The notes beneath the pieces were generated by a model, which saw only the letters and a program-made list of their open reading frames with translations, was not told where the DNA came from and did no database searches. A DNA stretch of 64,000 bases, from assembly GCA_030599585.1 (NCBI GenBank), contig JAUVNS010000005.1, forward strand, positions 192,001 to 256,000, given 5' to 3'. Source of the stretch: Promethearchaeota archaeon (GTDB taxonomy: Archaea; Asgardarchaeota; Lokiarchaeia; Sigyniarchaeales; SOKP01). Shown one piece after another: positions 45,275 to 54,974 of this stretch (position 1 is its first letter; every line of letters begins with the position of its first letter). Position numbers and translations under genes: made by a program.

Positions 45275-46894
45275 ATGCGAATAAGAACGAGAAAAAATCT
45301 TTTAAAGAAAAATATCGTTGTAACATTTTTGCTTTTGATTCCTGCAATAAGCTTTTTTGGCTTTGTTGGTTTTGGTCTTAGTATTCTCGACGATCTCGCT
45401 TCGCTCACTCTACGCCTTGAACCTCCAAATACTACTTTTTTTACACCCCTAAATCAAATTACCGCAAACCAAACTTATCTAGATCAAATGGCTGATAAAT
45501 ATGATTATCTGTTAGAAAAGTGGCACATTCCTACTAACATCAGTATAGATGTTACATTCACAAATGACTCATATAACGAAGTTCAGAGCTACCATGGCAC
45601 CGATAATGGAAATTTGCATTTAGGTTATACTCTCGTTTCTCAATGTTTGCGATATAAATATGCATTAGATAATAGCGATTTAGCTGAGTTAAATAATGCA
45701 ACGCGTATGGTTAAAAAATGTGTTACAGGATTCAGCAACATGCTTGCGGCTCCTAATGGGGGAATTGGCCCCAATTACCCTGGAATGCCTGCAAGATTTG
45801 TATCTGCTCCAGAAAACCGGAAATATCACGAGTGGCTATTCCAAGATCATCCACGACACTTTAACGGAACAGGAATTTATAAAAATTGGAGAGTAAGGTT
45901 ACACACATCTCGTGACGAGCTAGCAGGATATTATCTGGGATTCGCTAGCGTGCTAAAATTCATCGATCCTGAAGCCAATGAAGAAAGCAGATGGTGCGTT
46001 GAAAGAATCAAGTTATTAACTGCTCAAATGATAGAAGGCTTTCGCAAAACAAATTGGCTTGTATTGGGTGGAGATGGTGAACCTGTTGGATCAGATTTAA
46101 ATCCGATATTAGGGGAAAGCATGTGGCAATTAACTTTACTTCGCATAGGAGCTACAGCCTATCCAGATAGATATGATTCGCTTTATCATTATGCAGCGAC
46201 AAAAATCATGTCTATGCACAATGGTCACATGGGATCAGCTAGCAATACTGCGTACGATACCTATGCTCTATCTTTTAGCATGGATGTAGAGTTTGCGTTA
46301 ATAATTTTAGAAGATAACCCCCTAATTCAACACCATTACATAAAAAGATTCGAGGAAGGATTCTATAGTTTCCTGAGATACCACCGTAATGCTTTTTTTA
46401 ATATTATACACTTGACTTTTATGAAAATGATTCAAGATTCGACTTTATTTGAGGATTCGAGCTATAATGACGAAACTATAAAGTGGGATGTTTTGGATCA
46501 GTTGTGGAAATTTAATACTTCTGGATGGGGAGATGGGATAAGAAACTATAATTTAACAATGAGACCGAATTCGACAAGGGCAACTAGTGTAAATCCCTCA
46601 ATAGCCTCTATGGAGATAGATCCGAGTAGAGCAAAGTGGGTTGAATTCTTTGAAAATAACATATATGGGACCCTCTTTTCGTGGGTTGGAGAATTAATCG
46701 ATCTCGACGATCCAAGAGATACTCAATATACACTTCCATTAACGATCTCAGAAATGGGCGTTCACCATTTTCTTTGGGAACACAGCAAATTCTTTGGAAC
46801 CGGGGGTAATCCAACAGGAAACGGATTGACACAAGTAATACCTAATAGCTATTTAGTTGTTTATTGGATGGGAAAGGCTTTTGATATCTTCTAA
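45275..46894 (+). CDS. Hypothetical extracellular/membrane-anchored helical protein (possible alpha/alpha-toroid enzyme)
   Basis: N-terminal TM followed by 500 aa rich in aromatic residues; SRDELAGY and YLVVYWMG motifs. Confidence 0.7.
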   Translation: MRIRTRKNLLKKNIVVTFLLLIPAISFFGFVGFGLSILDDLASLTLRLEPPNTTFFTPLNQITANQTYLDQMADKYDYLLEKWHIPTNISIDVTFTNDSYNEVQSYHGTDNGNLHLGYTLVSQCLRYKYALDNSDLAELNNATRMVKKCVTGFSNMLAAPNGGIGPNYPGMPARFVSAPENRKYHEWLFQDHPRHFNGTGIYKNWRVRLHTSRDELAGYYLGFASVLKFIDPEANEESRWCVERIKLLTAQMIEGFRKTNWLVLGGDGEPVGSDLNPILGESMWQLTLLRIGATAYPDRYDSLYHYAATKIMSMHNGHMGSASNTAYDTYALSFSMDVEFALIILEDNPLIQHHYIKRFEEGFYSFLRYHRNAFFNIIHLTFMKMIQDSTLFEDSSYNDETIKWDVLDQLWKFNTSGWGDGIRNYNLTMRPNSTRATSVNPSIASMEIDPSRAKWVEFFENNIYGTLFSWVGELIDLDDPRDTQYTLPLTISEMGVHHFLWEHSKFFGTGGNPTGNGLTQVIPNSYLVVYWMGKAFDIF

Positions 46895-46992
46895 AATTTA
46901 ATTTTAAAACTATTTTCATCTACTTAATACAAATTATATCATTGCCTGTTCTCGTAGAAAAAAGAAAAAAAAAGGAATTTATTATAATTTTA

Positions 46993-48282
46993 TTACTCTT
47001 TGATTATTTTATGCTCATAATCTTCCTTCTTTAACAGTAAGAAACTACCAAGGCCAATGTTAGAAACTATGGCCAAAAATAGAAATACTATTAGATAGGA
47101 AGCGGTGCCGCTTAAAATTATTCCTGTTAAAGACATGCCGAGCGTGCTACCTAAATTTGCAAAAGCATTACATAACGAGTAATAAGTGCTACTCATCTCA
47201 GGGTGTTGTTTTGAAATTTCAGTTACTACAGCGGCGTAACTCGAATGTCTCCACCCAATTGCACATCCTATAAGCGTCGAAAATATCACTAATATTGGCC
47301 ATTCTAATGGAATTATCATTAATAATAGAGAAATGGTAGTTATTCCGTACGCTATATAAACGCTTACTTTTCTTGTGATTCGATCAGCGATTTGTCCTCC
47401 GACTATCGCCCCGATCACCACTCCAATAGCGATTACCATAGTTAAGTTCCCGTTTACTAGATAAATATTTAAATCATCGCTAGGTAGCGAGAGGGACGTC
47501 CCACTAGAAGATAATAAACCCATGTTTATTAGGATGAAAATTGAGACAAATAAAATACCAACGGAATCTATAATAGAAGCGAATAAAGAAAATCCGTAAG
47601 TTTTCCAGTCTCTTTTATTGTTGAACATTTCCTTGAGATGTTTACCAACTTTTGCTTCTGGGTATACCGTAGGCTCTTTGATTAAAAGGGTTAAAAACGA
47701 ACATAGTATAGTTAAAATTCCAATAATGATAAACAAAGTTGGTACTTCTAAACCGCCTGAAACTACTAATAACGCAAATAAAGGCCCCCCAGCTACAGCT
47801 CCTACGGATCTTAAACCCCAATTTAACCCTGATACGCGTCCTAATTTTTCTTTTGGAGTAATATCCAACAGTAAACCGTCAATAATTGTATCACCGAAAG
47901 AAACACCAAAAAAAATTAGTATACCCATAATCGTAAATACAGATATGGCATTTCCAGCTGTAATAATGCCTGGCATTCCTAAAATGATCCACAATACTCC
48001 CGCAAACGATACCATGCTTATTATCCAAGGTCGTCGTCTCCCTAATTTTTTTAACCCAAATTTATCTCCAAGAATTCCATAGAAAATTTTAAAAATCCAT
48101 GGTAAGGTAATTATTGATCCCAGAAACGCAAGTTGCGAAGCGTCGATCACTCCAATAAATTGGATCAAATAAATTGGTATAATTACCGCAAATAAAGATT
48201 GATCGATTCCTTGGAAAAGGTAATTCACATTAAAAATAGCAATATAGTATTTCTTAAATTCGACTTGTTCTCGTTCACTCAT
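46993..48282 (-). CDS. MFS transporter (AmpG/BT1-like)
   Basis: LPWIFKIFYG.L.D....GRRRPWI, D..IDG, GG.IADR; 12 TM. Confidence 0.9.
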   Translation of the reverse strand: MSEREQVEFKKYYIAIFNVNYLFQGIDQSLFAVIIPIYLIQFIGVIDASQLAFLGSIITLPWIFKIFYGILGDKFGLKKLGRRRPWIISMVSFAGVLWIILGMPGIITAGNAISVFTIMGILIFFGVSFGDTIIDGLLLDITPKEKLGRVSGLNWGLRSVGAVAGGPLFALLVVSGGLEVPTLFIIIGILTILCSFLTLLIKEPTVYPEAKVGKHLKEMFNNKRDWKTYGFSLFASIIDSVGILFVSIFILINMGLLSSSGTSLSLPSDDLNIYLVNGNLTMVIAIGVVIGAIVGGQIADRITRKVSVYIAYGITTISLLLMIIPLEWPILVIFSTLIGCAIGWRHSSYAAVVTEISKQHPEMSSTYYSLCNAFANLGSTLGMSLTGIILSGTASYLIVFLFLAIVSNIGLGSFLLLKKEDYEHKIIKE

Positions 48283-48513
48283 TTTTTTTTTTTAAATTTT
48301 AATTGGATTCAATTTTGTTTTAGTTTTATGTAAAACAATGAATATGATCTTATTTTTACATACTACTATAAAAGGATTTCTTCAAAAATTACTAATAAAT
48401 TTATAACTTCACCAATAATTATAACATCCATATAAATTGGACTCCAAATCTTTTTAAATTAATGATTCATCTCGTTATTTAGAATTTCTACTATTAAAAA
48501 AAGGTTAGAAACC

Positions 48514-49080
48514 ATGTCAAGTGACAATTATAGAAATCGTTACTATTCTAAAAAAAAATACGAGGCTGCAATTGAAACGCTAGGCTGTGGATTTGTTTTC
48601 CTATTTGTAGCAATATTATCCCTGTTTTTTCTAGCTTTCAACATTAACTTTATTGGTCTTAGTTCTTGGGGTTATTGGCTTTTCATTCCTGCCTTCTTTA
48701 TTATTCTTGGGGGAGTTCAACAGTATTATACTAATGAAAAATTTCAAAAATCTGTGAGAGTTGCAATTTTGGATCGCAGTAATCAAGGAACTCATAAATT
48801 AGAAGATATAGCTCTTGAGGTCGGGATTAAACCTAGGGATGTGCTTAAAGTTCTTATCGACCTGCGTCAAAAAGGAGCTATTTCCTACCGTTTTAACTCA
48901 GAAACGGGCGAAATAATTCTTGGTGAGAAAGTTGCTTATGTGAAATCAGAAGAATATGTTGTTCCTCCAAAACAGTTAGCAGAGCCATTAGAAACGAAAG
49001 GAAAAGGATACTGTATGTATTGCGGTCATCAATTATCTTCAGAAGGTAACTTTTGTGAAAATTGTGGTTCAAAAATTTAA
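48514..49080 (+). CDS. Membrane protein with wHTH-like middle and C-terminal double zinc ribbon
   Basis: 2 TM, LEDIALEVGI....VLKVLIDL..KGAI, CMYCG...CENCG. Confidence 0.8.
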   Translation: MSSDNYRNRYYSKKKYEAAIETLGCGFVFLFVAILSLFFLAFNINFIGLSSWGYWLFIPAFFIILGGVQQYYTNEKFQKSVRVAILDRSNQGTHKLEDIALEVGIKPRDVLKVLIDLRQKGAISYRFNSETGEIILGEKVAYVKSEEYVVPPKQLAEPLETKGKGYCMYCGHQLSSEGNFCENCGSKI

Positions 49081-49216
49081 GTATCTTTAATTAAATCTTT
49101 ATTTTTATTTTTATAATACACTTCTTAATTTCATGATAAATCATCTGAGGCTTTTTTTTTAAATACTCATCTCGATTCCTTTTCTTTAAATCGAAAATTT
49201 TCCGGGATGAATTCTC

Positions 49217-49546
49217 ATTTCTAAGGGTTTCCTTAACAACAAAGATGTTGAAAATACATTCGAAACAATTAACCAAAATGAGACTAATCTAAATTTAAGT
49301 AAGGAAGATATTAATGCCGGAAAAACCTCCTATAGCATAAATAATCCTAATAATTTACTCATTCAAGAATGTGATGTTGCTAAAAAAGAATATTTAACCA
49401 TGGTAGAAGATATCCATGTTATCTTAAGCAATCATGAAAATTTAACTAACTATGAAAAGTTAAATTATTGTAATAGCGAAAGACATTACATGAAACAATA
49501 TCTAAAACATACTATGATAAAAATAAATCAAATTTTACCAGATTAA
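49217..49546 (+). CDS. Hypothetical protein, unannotated (ATT start about 110 aa, or ATG 49400 giving 48 aa)
   Basis: Stop-free frame 49211-49543 ending at TAA 49544-49546, filling the gap before the nitroreductase; GGGATGA SD-like motif at 49204-49210. Confidence 0.4.
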   Translation: MSKGFLNNKDVENTFETINQNETNLNLSKEDINAGKTSYSINNPNNLLIQECDVAKKEYLTMVEDIHVILSNHENLTNYEKLNYCNSERHYMKQYLKHTMIKINQILPD

Positions 49547-49615
49547 ATTCGTAGGTAAATATCATATCTTCTTGGTTTAAAATAATATTTATGATAGCGT
49601 TAATTATGGATTCTA

Positions 49616-50482
49616 ATGACTTTTTCAAAACCAATAATTGATATCATAAAGCAGCGATCATCTTGGAGAACTTACGCTGATCTATTACTTGAAGATGATA
49701 TGAAAAAGAAGGTTATTCAAATTTTAACTTTTAAAGATTTTGAAAGTCCTTTTAGTAACCTCGCGGGGAAAACGCGATTTGAACTTATAGGAGTCCCAGA
49801 ATTTGCTCCCAATGAAAGAAAAAAATTAGGAACTTATGGGTTAATCAAGGGAGCTCAAGAGTTCATAGTGGGAGCGATTGAAAAGTCTGATTATTATAAG
49901 GAAAACTACGGATACATCTTGGAAGCTATAATTTTAGCAGTCACCGATTTGAATTTAGGTACTTGTTGGCTGGGAGGAACTTTTAATAAAAGTCTTTTTT
50001 CTACTAAAATTAATTGTCAAAAAAGCGAGATAGTTCCCGCAATAACTCCTATAGGTCACACCACAGAAACCAGACGCAAAAAAGAGAAAGTAATACGAGC
50101 ATTCGTAAAAGCTGATTCTCGATTTCCTTGGAGTAAAATATTTTTTGAAAATACGTTCTCTACAGCCCTTCCTCGAGAAACAACTGGTAAATATGAAACT
50201 TTAATGGAAATGGTTCGACTTGCTCCATCGGCGGGCAATAAACAACCATGGAGAATTTTAAAAGAAAAGGGGTACGATAGTTTTCATTTCTATGTGAAAT
50301 CTTCAAAGGATTCAAAGCAAAAAGTTTATAACACGTTCATTAACATCGATATAGGGATTGCGATTTGTCACTTTGATCTAACAGCAAAAGAGGTTGGAAT
50401 AGAAGGAAAGTGGGAAATTTTAAACCCAGATATTAATTCTCCCGAAGAATTAAAATATATTATATCGTGGATTGGTCAATAA
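49616..50482 (+). CDS. Nitroreductase family protein (TM1586-like)
   Basis: R.S.RTY, LGTYG.IKGA, LGTCWLGG, RLAPSAGNKQPW, ID.GIA.CHF. Confidence 0.9.
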   Translation: MTFSKPIIDIIKQRSSWRTYADLLLEDDMKKKVIQILTFKDFESPFSNLAGKTRFELIGVPEFAPNERKKLGTYGLIKGAQEFIVGAIEKSDYYKENYGYILEAIILAVTDLNLGTCWLGGTFNKSLFSTKINCQKSEIVPAITPIGHTTETRRKKEKVIRAFVKADSRFPWSKIFFENTFSTALPRETTGKYETLMEMVRLAPSAGNKQPWRILKEKGYDSFHFYVKSSKDSKQKVYNTFINIDIGIAICHFDLTAKEVGIEGKWEILNPDINSPEELKYIISWIGQ

Positions 50483-50627
50483 AATTTCATTTAAATTTGT
50501 TCATGTTTGTCAAACTTCCTAAACTTCTCTTATTTTAATAATATTAATTGTTTTAAAAGTTTTAAAAACGAGAATTAATGATTCTCTTTTATTTGAGACT
50601 TGAATATACAATTACTTATTTTTTATA

Positions 50628-51626
50628 ATGGCGAGTATACTTGTAACTGGAGGAACTGGATTTATTGGTATACCTTTGGTTAAAAAATTGCACGATTTAG
50701 GACATAACGTAAAACTACTGATAAGAGAGAGTAGCAATACAACTCCTTTTAAGGATCTTGGCAATATTGATTATGTTATTGGCGATGTCCAGGATATAAG
50801 CAGTTTGGAAAAAGCTGTGAATAAAGTAGAGGCTATATACCATCTTGCCGCTTATACAGGGATATGGGCGAAAGATAAATCAATTTATTACGATATTAAT
50901 GTTAAGGGAACGGAAAACATCGTTATTGTTGCTCTTAAAAATGATCTGAAATTATTTTATGTTAGTTCCTTTACTGCCATAGGACCGACTCCTCCAGAAC
51001 CTGTTGATGAATCATTTGAAAACGAGATTTTTTTTATGGAGTATGAGAAATCTAAATTTCAAGCGAAAAAACTCGTGAAAAGTTATATCCCAAAAGGTTT
51101 GAAAGCGATGATATTTTATCCTGGAATTGTATATGGTCCAGGAGATTTTAATATATTCGGCAGAATGCTATATGATGTTATGAGGGGAAAAATGTTTCCC
51201 TTGGGCATTTGTCCTGGAAAGGGAGACTCTATGACCTGTCTATCTTATGTATATGATACATCAAATGCTCTAGCAGATGTAATAAATAGAGAAGATCTTT
51301 TTGGGGAAGATTTTATTCTTGGGGGAGAAAATGTTAAATTTAAAGAATATCTTGATTTAATTGCCAAAATTGGAAGAGATAAAAAAGCAATTAAGCTTCC
51401 TTTTGCATTTGCGATGGTATATGCTTGGTTATTAGAAGTTAAAGCAAGGTTTACTAAGAAAGATCCTTTTTTAACTCGACCTACACTAAGAGCAATTAAA
51501 TATCATAGATCGTACTCATCAAAAAAAGCCATTGATAAATTTGGTTATAATATTACTCCATTAAGAGAAGGTTTAGAAGAAACAATTAAATGGTATAAGG
51601 AATATAGTGAAGAAGGAAAAAAATAA
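50628..51626 (+). CDS. Extended SDR NAD-dependent epimerase/dehydratase (HpnA/3beta-HSD-like)
   Basis: VTGGTGFIG, HLAA, NVKGT, YEKSK, PG.VYGPGD. Confidence 0.9.
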   Translation: MASILVTGGTGFIGIPLVKKLHDLGHNVKLLIRESSNTTPFKDLGNIDYVIGDVQDISSLEKAVNKVEAIYHLAAYTGIWAKDKSIYYDINVKGTENIVIVALKNDLKLFYVSSFTAIGPTPPEPVDESFENEIFFMEYEKSKFQAKKLVKSYIPKGLKAMIFYPGIVYGPGDFNIFGRMLYDVMRGKMFPLGICPGKGDSMTCLSYVYDTSNALADVINREDLFGEDFILGGENVKFKEYLDLIAKIGRDKKAIKLPFAFAMVYAWLLEVKARFTKKDPFLTRPTLRAIKYHRSYSSKKAIDKFGYNITPLREGLEETIKWYKEYSEEGKK

Positions 51627-51644
51627 GATGAGTTTTCGAACATC

Positions 51645-52124
51645 ATGTTGGATGAAGAATTAACCAGTCAAATTATTGATAAAGAAGCATATAAAACGGA
51701 AATAGCAAAAAAATACACCACATTTCTTGCACAATATCCGGAAATTTTTTCTGATCTAATTTTTGGATCAAATTTTGATTTCGCCCTCTACAATTCAATT
51801 GAAACATATGATAAAGAATCTCCCGTAGATATCTTTAATGTGTTAAGAAATGGAAATGGGATTGCAATAAAACCTGGAAGAGCAGTTAATTCAGATCTAG
51901 AACTAGCACTCTCGGTAAAAGCGGTTAAAAAATTGATCAAAACAAAAACGAAATTAGAATATGCAAACCTTTTGGGAACATTTTATAATGATCCAGATGA
52001 GGAAAAAGGATGGGTTGATTTTATATTGCGTAAAAGAACACAAAACTTACTCGATATGGGCTATGGAAAATTTGCCCAAACTGCTGGTATCCTCAAAGAT
52101 GATGACGATATTTATAGTATGTAA
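51645..52124 (+). CDS. Hypothetical protein, SCP2-like lipid-binding fold (inferred)
   Basis: IAIKPG...SDLELALS.KAV.KLI pattern resembles SCP2; shares a C-terminal L..xGY..F/W with 53687-54094. Confidence 0.5.
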   Translation: MLDEELTSQIIDKEAYKTEIAKKYTTFLAQYPEIFSDLIFGSNFDFALYNSIETYDKESPVDIFNVLRNGNGIAIKPGRAVNSDLELALSVKAVKKLIKTKTKLEYANLLGTFYNDPDEEKGWVDFILRKRTQNLLDMGYGKFAQTAGILKDDDDIYSM

Positions 52125-52171
52125 AACTCTTTTTAAATAAATTTAGACACATCATTAAAATTAGAAAGGTA

Positions 52172-53674
52172 ATGAAAAATATGACAAAAGTTCAAGAATT
52201 AGAAATAAAAAATAAATACACTGGTGAAATTATAGGAATTGTTCCTGCTGACACACCAGAGACGGTTCATGAAAAAATAAAAAAAGTTCACAAAAATCAA
52301 CATTTATTAAGAGAAATGGATTTCTTTGAACGAGCTCAACTTCTTGCGAAATTATCTACTAAATTACGCTTTAAAAAAGCCCAATTAAAGGATTTGGTCG
52401 TTGCAGAAGGAGGTTTACCGATCAAATATTCTGAATGGGAACTAGGTATAGTAATGACTGGTTTCAAATTTTGCGATTGGTATTATCAGTTTATAGAAGA
52501 CAAACCACTAACTAGTATTGAAGGCGAACAAAATGCAACAATAAAATATATTCCACATGGATTATCTGCTTGTATATCTCCTCGTAACACGCCTATAAGC
52601 CTTCCCCTTTACCAAATGGGTGCAAATTATTTAGTCGGAAATGGTGCGATTGTTAAACCATCTACCGCATGTCCCTTAACCATGTTAGAAGCCTATTCCA
52701 CCATGAAGGATATGGATTTTCCGGGGTTAGATGCATTAGATTTAGTTATAGCTCCTGGAGAATGGGCTGTAGACGAATTTCTTAAATCTCATTTAATCAA
52801 GATTATTATGACGGTTACCTCTTCACACACTGCAAAAGATATTCTTGTGAGATATGGGAGGTTGCTGAAAAAAACTGCAGATAGATCAATGGGTGTCGCA
52901 ATGTATACTCAACCTTTCAAACAATTTTTCTTTGAGTGCGCAGGAAATGATGCTGGAATAGTAATGGATGATGTAAATTTAGAACATGTAGCTAAATGGA
53001 ACGCTATGGCAAGTTACACCAATTCAGGTCAACAATGTTTCTCAATGAAGCGAATTATAGTCCACCAAGATATATATGACGAATACACCGAATGTCTAAT
53101 AAAAGAAATAGAAAAATTAAAATATGGAGATCCCACAGATCCCACCGTTGATATTGGACCGTTAGGAAGTCGACGTATACTAATGATGATGGAAGTGATG
53201 GTGGCTGATGCGAAAGAATATGGCGTAAAAATATATACTGGTGGTGAAAAAATTGATACAGGAGAAGACTACGGATTATTTTATACTCCGACTCTGGTTG
53301 AAATTAAACCAGAACTGTGCGAAGATTTATCTAAGGCTCCTTTTTTGTGGAGAGAAGAGGCTTTTGGACCGGTTCGTTCTATAACTAAAGCCAAAGATAT
53401 GAAAGATGCTATTAGGTTAGCAAATGCAAGTAATTATGGTATGCGAGCAGTGGTTTACACTTCTGATTTGAACAATATCGAGGTTTTTAAGAATCAATTA
53501 GAAGCTGCAAATATCTATATTAATGCAAGACCTATGCTTGTTGATATTACAGTTTCCCTAGGTGGAATTAAAGATTCTGCTTATCCTGCAGGTTGTAAAT
53601 ATTATCCTCAAGAGTTAGTTTATGGAAAATATATTTACGATGGTACTCAGCTGAATTTAGAAAAAATTAAATAG
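52172..53674 (+). CDS. Aldehyde dehydrogenase family protein (divergent)
   Basis: ISPRNTP, VKPS, FECAGND, NSGQQCFS (catalytic Cys), EEAFGPV, N.S.YG. Confidence 0.88.
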   Translation: MKNMTKVQELEIKNKYTGEIIGIVPADTPETVHEKIKKVHKNQHLLREMDFFERAQLLAKLSTKLRFKKAQLKDLVVAEGGLPIKYSEWELGIVMTGFKFCDWYYQFIEDKPLTSIEGEQNATIKYIPHGLSACISPRNTPISLPLYQMGANYLVGNGAIVKPSTACPLTMLEAYSTMKDMDFPGLDALDLVIAPGEWAVDEFLKSHLIKIIMTVTSSHTAKDILVRYGRLLKKTADRSMGVAMYTQPFKQFFFECAGNDAGIVMDDVNLEHVAKWNAMASYTNSGQQCFSMKRIIVHQDIYDEYTECLIKEIEKLKYGDPTDPTVDIGPLGSRRILMMMEVMVADAKEYGVKIYTGGEKIDTGEDYGLFYTPTLVEIKPELCEDLSKAPFLWREEAFGPVRSITKAKDMKDAIRLANASNYGMRAVVYTSDLNNIEVFKNQLEAANIYINARPMLVDITVSLGGIKDSAYPAGCKYYPQELVYGKYIYDGTQLNLEKIK

Positions 53675-53686
53675 ATAACATGCACA

Positions 53687-54094
53687 ATGGAACCCGATAA
53701 ATTATATACAAAATTAAAAGAATTCTTTCCAATTCAATTAGATTTAATGAGACATTTACATGTAAACGCATGTTGGGAATATAGTATCACTGAACAATCC
53801 ACTAATGATGCGAATATCAAACTAAACTTCTTTTTATTTAAAAAAAGCGAAAAATCGCTGGAGATGACAAAAACCCAGCCTAATATTAAACCAGATTTAA
53901 TCTTGTATTTTACAGAAAAAGCTATTTTAAATATGATTGAAGGAACATCTAATGCTGAAGAATATTATGAGCGTTATCATAACATTATGGACCATCCTCA
54001 ACCTGGAATTGAATTGGATAGTAAAGTAAATAAACCTAGATTAAAGCTTTGGCAAATTGGGTATAAGCACTGGCAAAAAGATTTTAAATTTTAA
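53687..54094 (+). CDS. Hypothetical protein, SCP2-like (paralog of 51645-52124)
   Basis: KPDLILYFTEKAILNMIEG...A.EY; LW.IGY..W. Confidence 0.5.
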   Translation: MEPDKLYTKLKEFFPIQLDLMRHLHVNACWEYSITEQSTNDANIKLNFFLFKKSEKSLEMTKTQPNIKPDLILYFTEKAILNMIEGTSNAEEYYERYHNIMDHPQPGIELDSKVNKPRLKLWQIGYKHWQKDFKF

Positions 54095-54764
54095 TTCTGA
54101 GATTTTTCTTTTTTATAGAAATAACTATTGTGGCAATAATCGCCAATATTGTAAAACCGATAAAAGTTATGCCAAAAGGAATAATCCGAAATTTCCCTTC
54201 ACTTCTTACAATTATCTGATCATCCTCATCGTAATAAGTCTCTTCGATAATAATTCCTCTTGGATCAAATTCCTTTTGCCAAGTATAATCAAATCCCTGG
54301 TCGCTCTTACCCTGTTTGAATATTGACAAGCCAATTCTAGAATACTCAGAAGTCAGAGTTGCTATAACTTGTTCTAAATAATCTTCTACTGGTGTAAGAC
54401 TGAAAATGTAATCTTGCCAATTTTCGGGATAATTTCCGATTAAGGTTAGTTGTGTTTCGCCACTCAATCCCCAATCAGTCTTATAATCCCAAAATTCTAC
54501 TGTTATAATCCAAGTTGATGAAGATGGTTTGATTTCTCTTATAATCCTTCTAATTTGATCTCCTACTTCAAAATTAGGATCAATTCCGAAAATCCTTCTA
54601 AAACTTTCTAAGTCTAGTTCTGTAATCTCCCAAATTAATTCGGTTCCTTCGGTAAAACCAATATCATGCTCTGGAACTGCTTTACCAATTGAACTGAAAC
54701 TGGAACTGAATATAACGATATTTAAAATTCCTATTAAACAAATTATTTTTAATTTTTGATTCAC
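54084..54764 (-). CDS. Secreted protein with C-terminal membrane anchor
   Basis: Signal-like N-terminus, G.ELIW.I, YD..G-type beta motif, IPFG plus TM plus KKK tail. Confidence 0.75.
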   Translation of the reverse strand: MNQKLKIICLIGILNIVIFSSSFSSIGKAVPEHDIGFTEGTELIWEITELDLESFRRIFGIDPNFEVGDQIRRIIREIKPSSSTWIITVEFWDYKTDWGLSGETQLTLIGNYPENWQDYIFSLTPVEDYLEQVIATLTSEYSRIGLSIFKQGKSDQGFDYTWQKEFDPRGIIIEETYYDEDDQIIVRSEGKFRIIPFGITFIGFTILAIIATIVISIKKKNLRIKI

Positions 54765-54974
54765 TTTCTCATCAATATTCGGTTTTAGGTTCTACCAAAG
54801 TTTCTTTAATAGAATATCTTCGTTAGTAAATTACAGAATAATAATTTTTTTAAACTTAAAAATTTGATTTTGGAAATCTACAATTATTTTAACTTAATTA
54901 AAGAAATTAATTTATATTAGATACTTCAAATAATCATTAATATATCAAAATTAATTCTACTGAGGTAAAATACT

